From assembly GCA_002104905.1 (NCBI GenBank), contig MCFE01000133.1, forward strand, positions 1 to 64,000: a stretch of DNA of 64,000 nt, given 5' to 3'. The DNA comes from Basidiobolus meristosporus CBS 931.73. Lineage: Eukaryota > Fungi > Basidiobolomycota. Positions 63,901 through 64,000 of the stretch are shown piece after piece (positions within the stretch are counted from its first letter, which is position 1; every line of letters begins with the position of its first letter). The position numbers and the translations under genes are program-made. Under the pieces are notes generated by a model that was given only the letters and a program-made list of their open reading frames with translations, had not been told where the DNA came from and did no database searches.

Positions 63901-64000
63901 CAAGGCAGCAAAGAAGGACCTTAAGTAGCTCAATGTCATAGCCAAGAATTAAGCAATTTATTAATGTAACAGCAGAGAGAGGCACCATAGTCTCTGAAGC

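Overview
Fungal genomic DNA with short (~55-70 nt) spliceosomal introns. The gene set points to an early-diverging fungus; Basidiobolus-like is a guess only. Three gene-dense, CpG-normal blocks (1-3.0 kb, 12.4-41.1 kb) alternate with two AT-richer, almost CpG-free islands of decayed nested transposons (~5-11.9 kb and 41.5-64 kb). Genes: a BM3/CYP505-type P450-reductase fusion with an extra N-terminal domain and four +1 frameshifts, Ssh4/Ear1-like SPRY protein, M28 aminopeptidase, ArfGAP GLO3, aldose 1-epimerase, minor-spliceosome RNPC3/65K apparently lacking RRM2, SGD1/NOM1, SDHAF4, MFSD1-like transporter, a 198-aa NKAIN-like 4-TM protein, secreted tyrosinase, RFC5, a small secreted 8-Cys protein missed by the ORF track, alpha-arrestin, SAP30-like, Argonaute, and a Cys-rich plus ubiquitin-like protein. 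TEs: a Copia nested in an inverted solo LTR, a Gypsy with solo LTRs, and at least five CACTA/EnSpm-like copies with CCCTA termini. Best leads: the NKAIN-like gene, the truncated 65K, the P450 N-terminal domain, the 8-Cys secreted protein and the methylation-type CpG erasure. All family assignments are from motif recognition by eye; no database searches were run.
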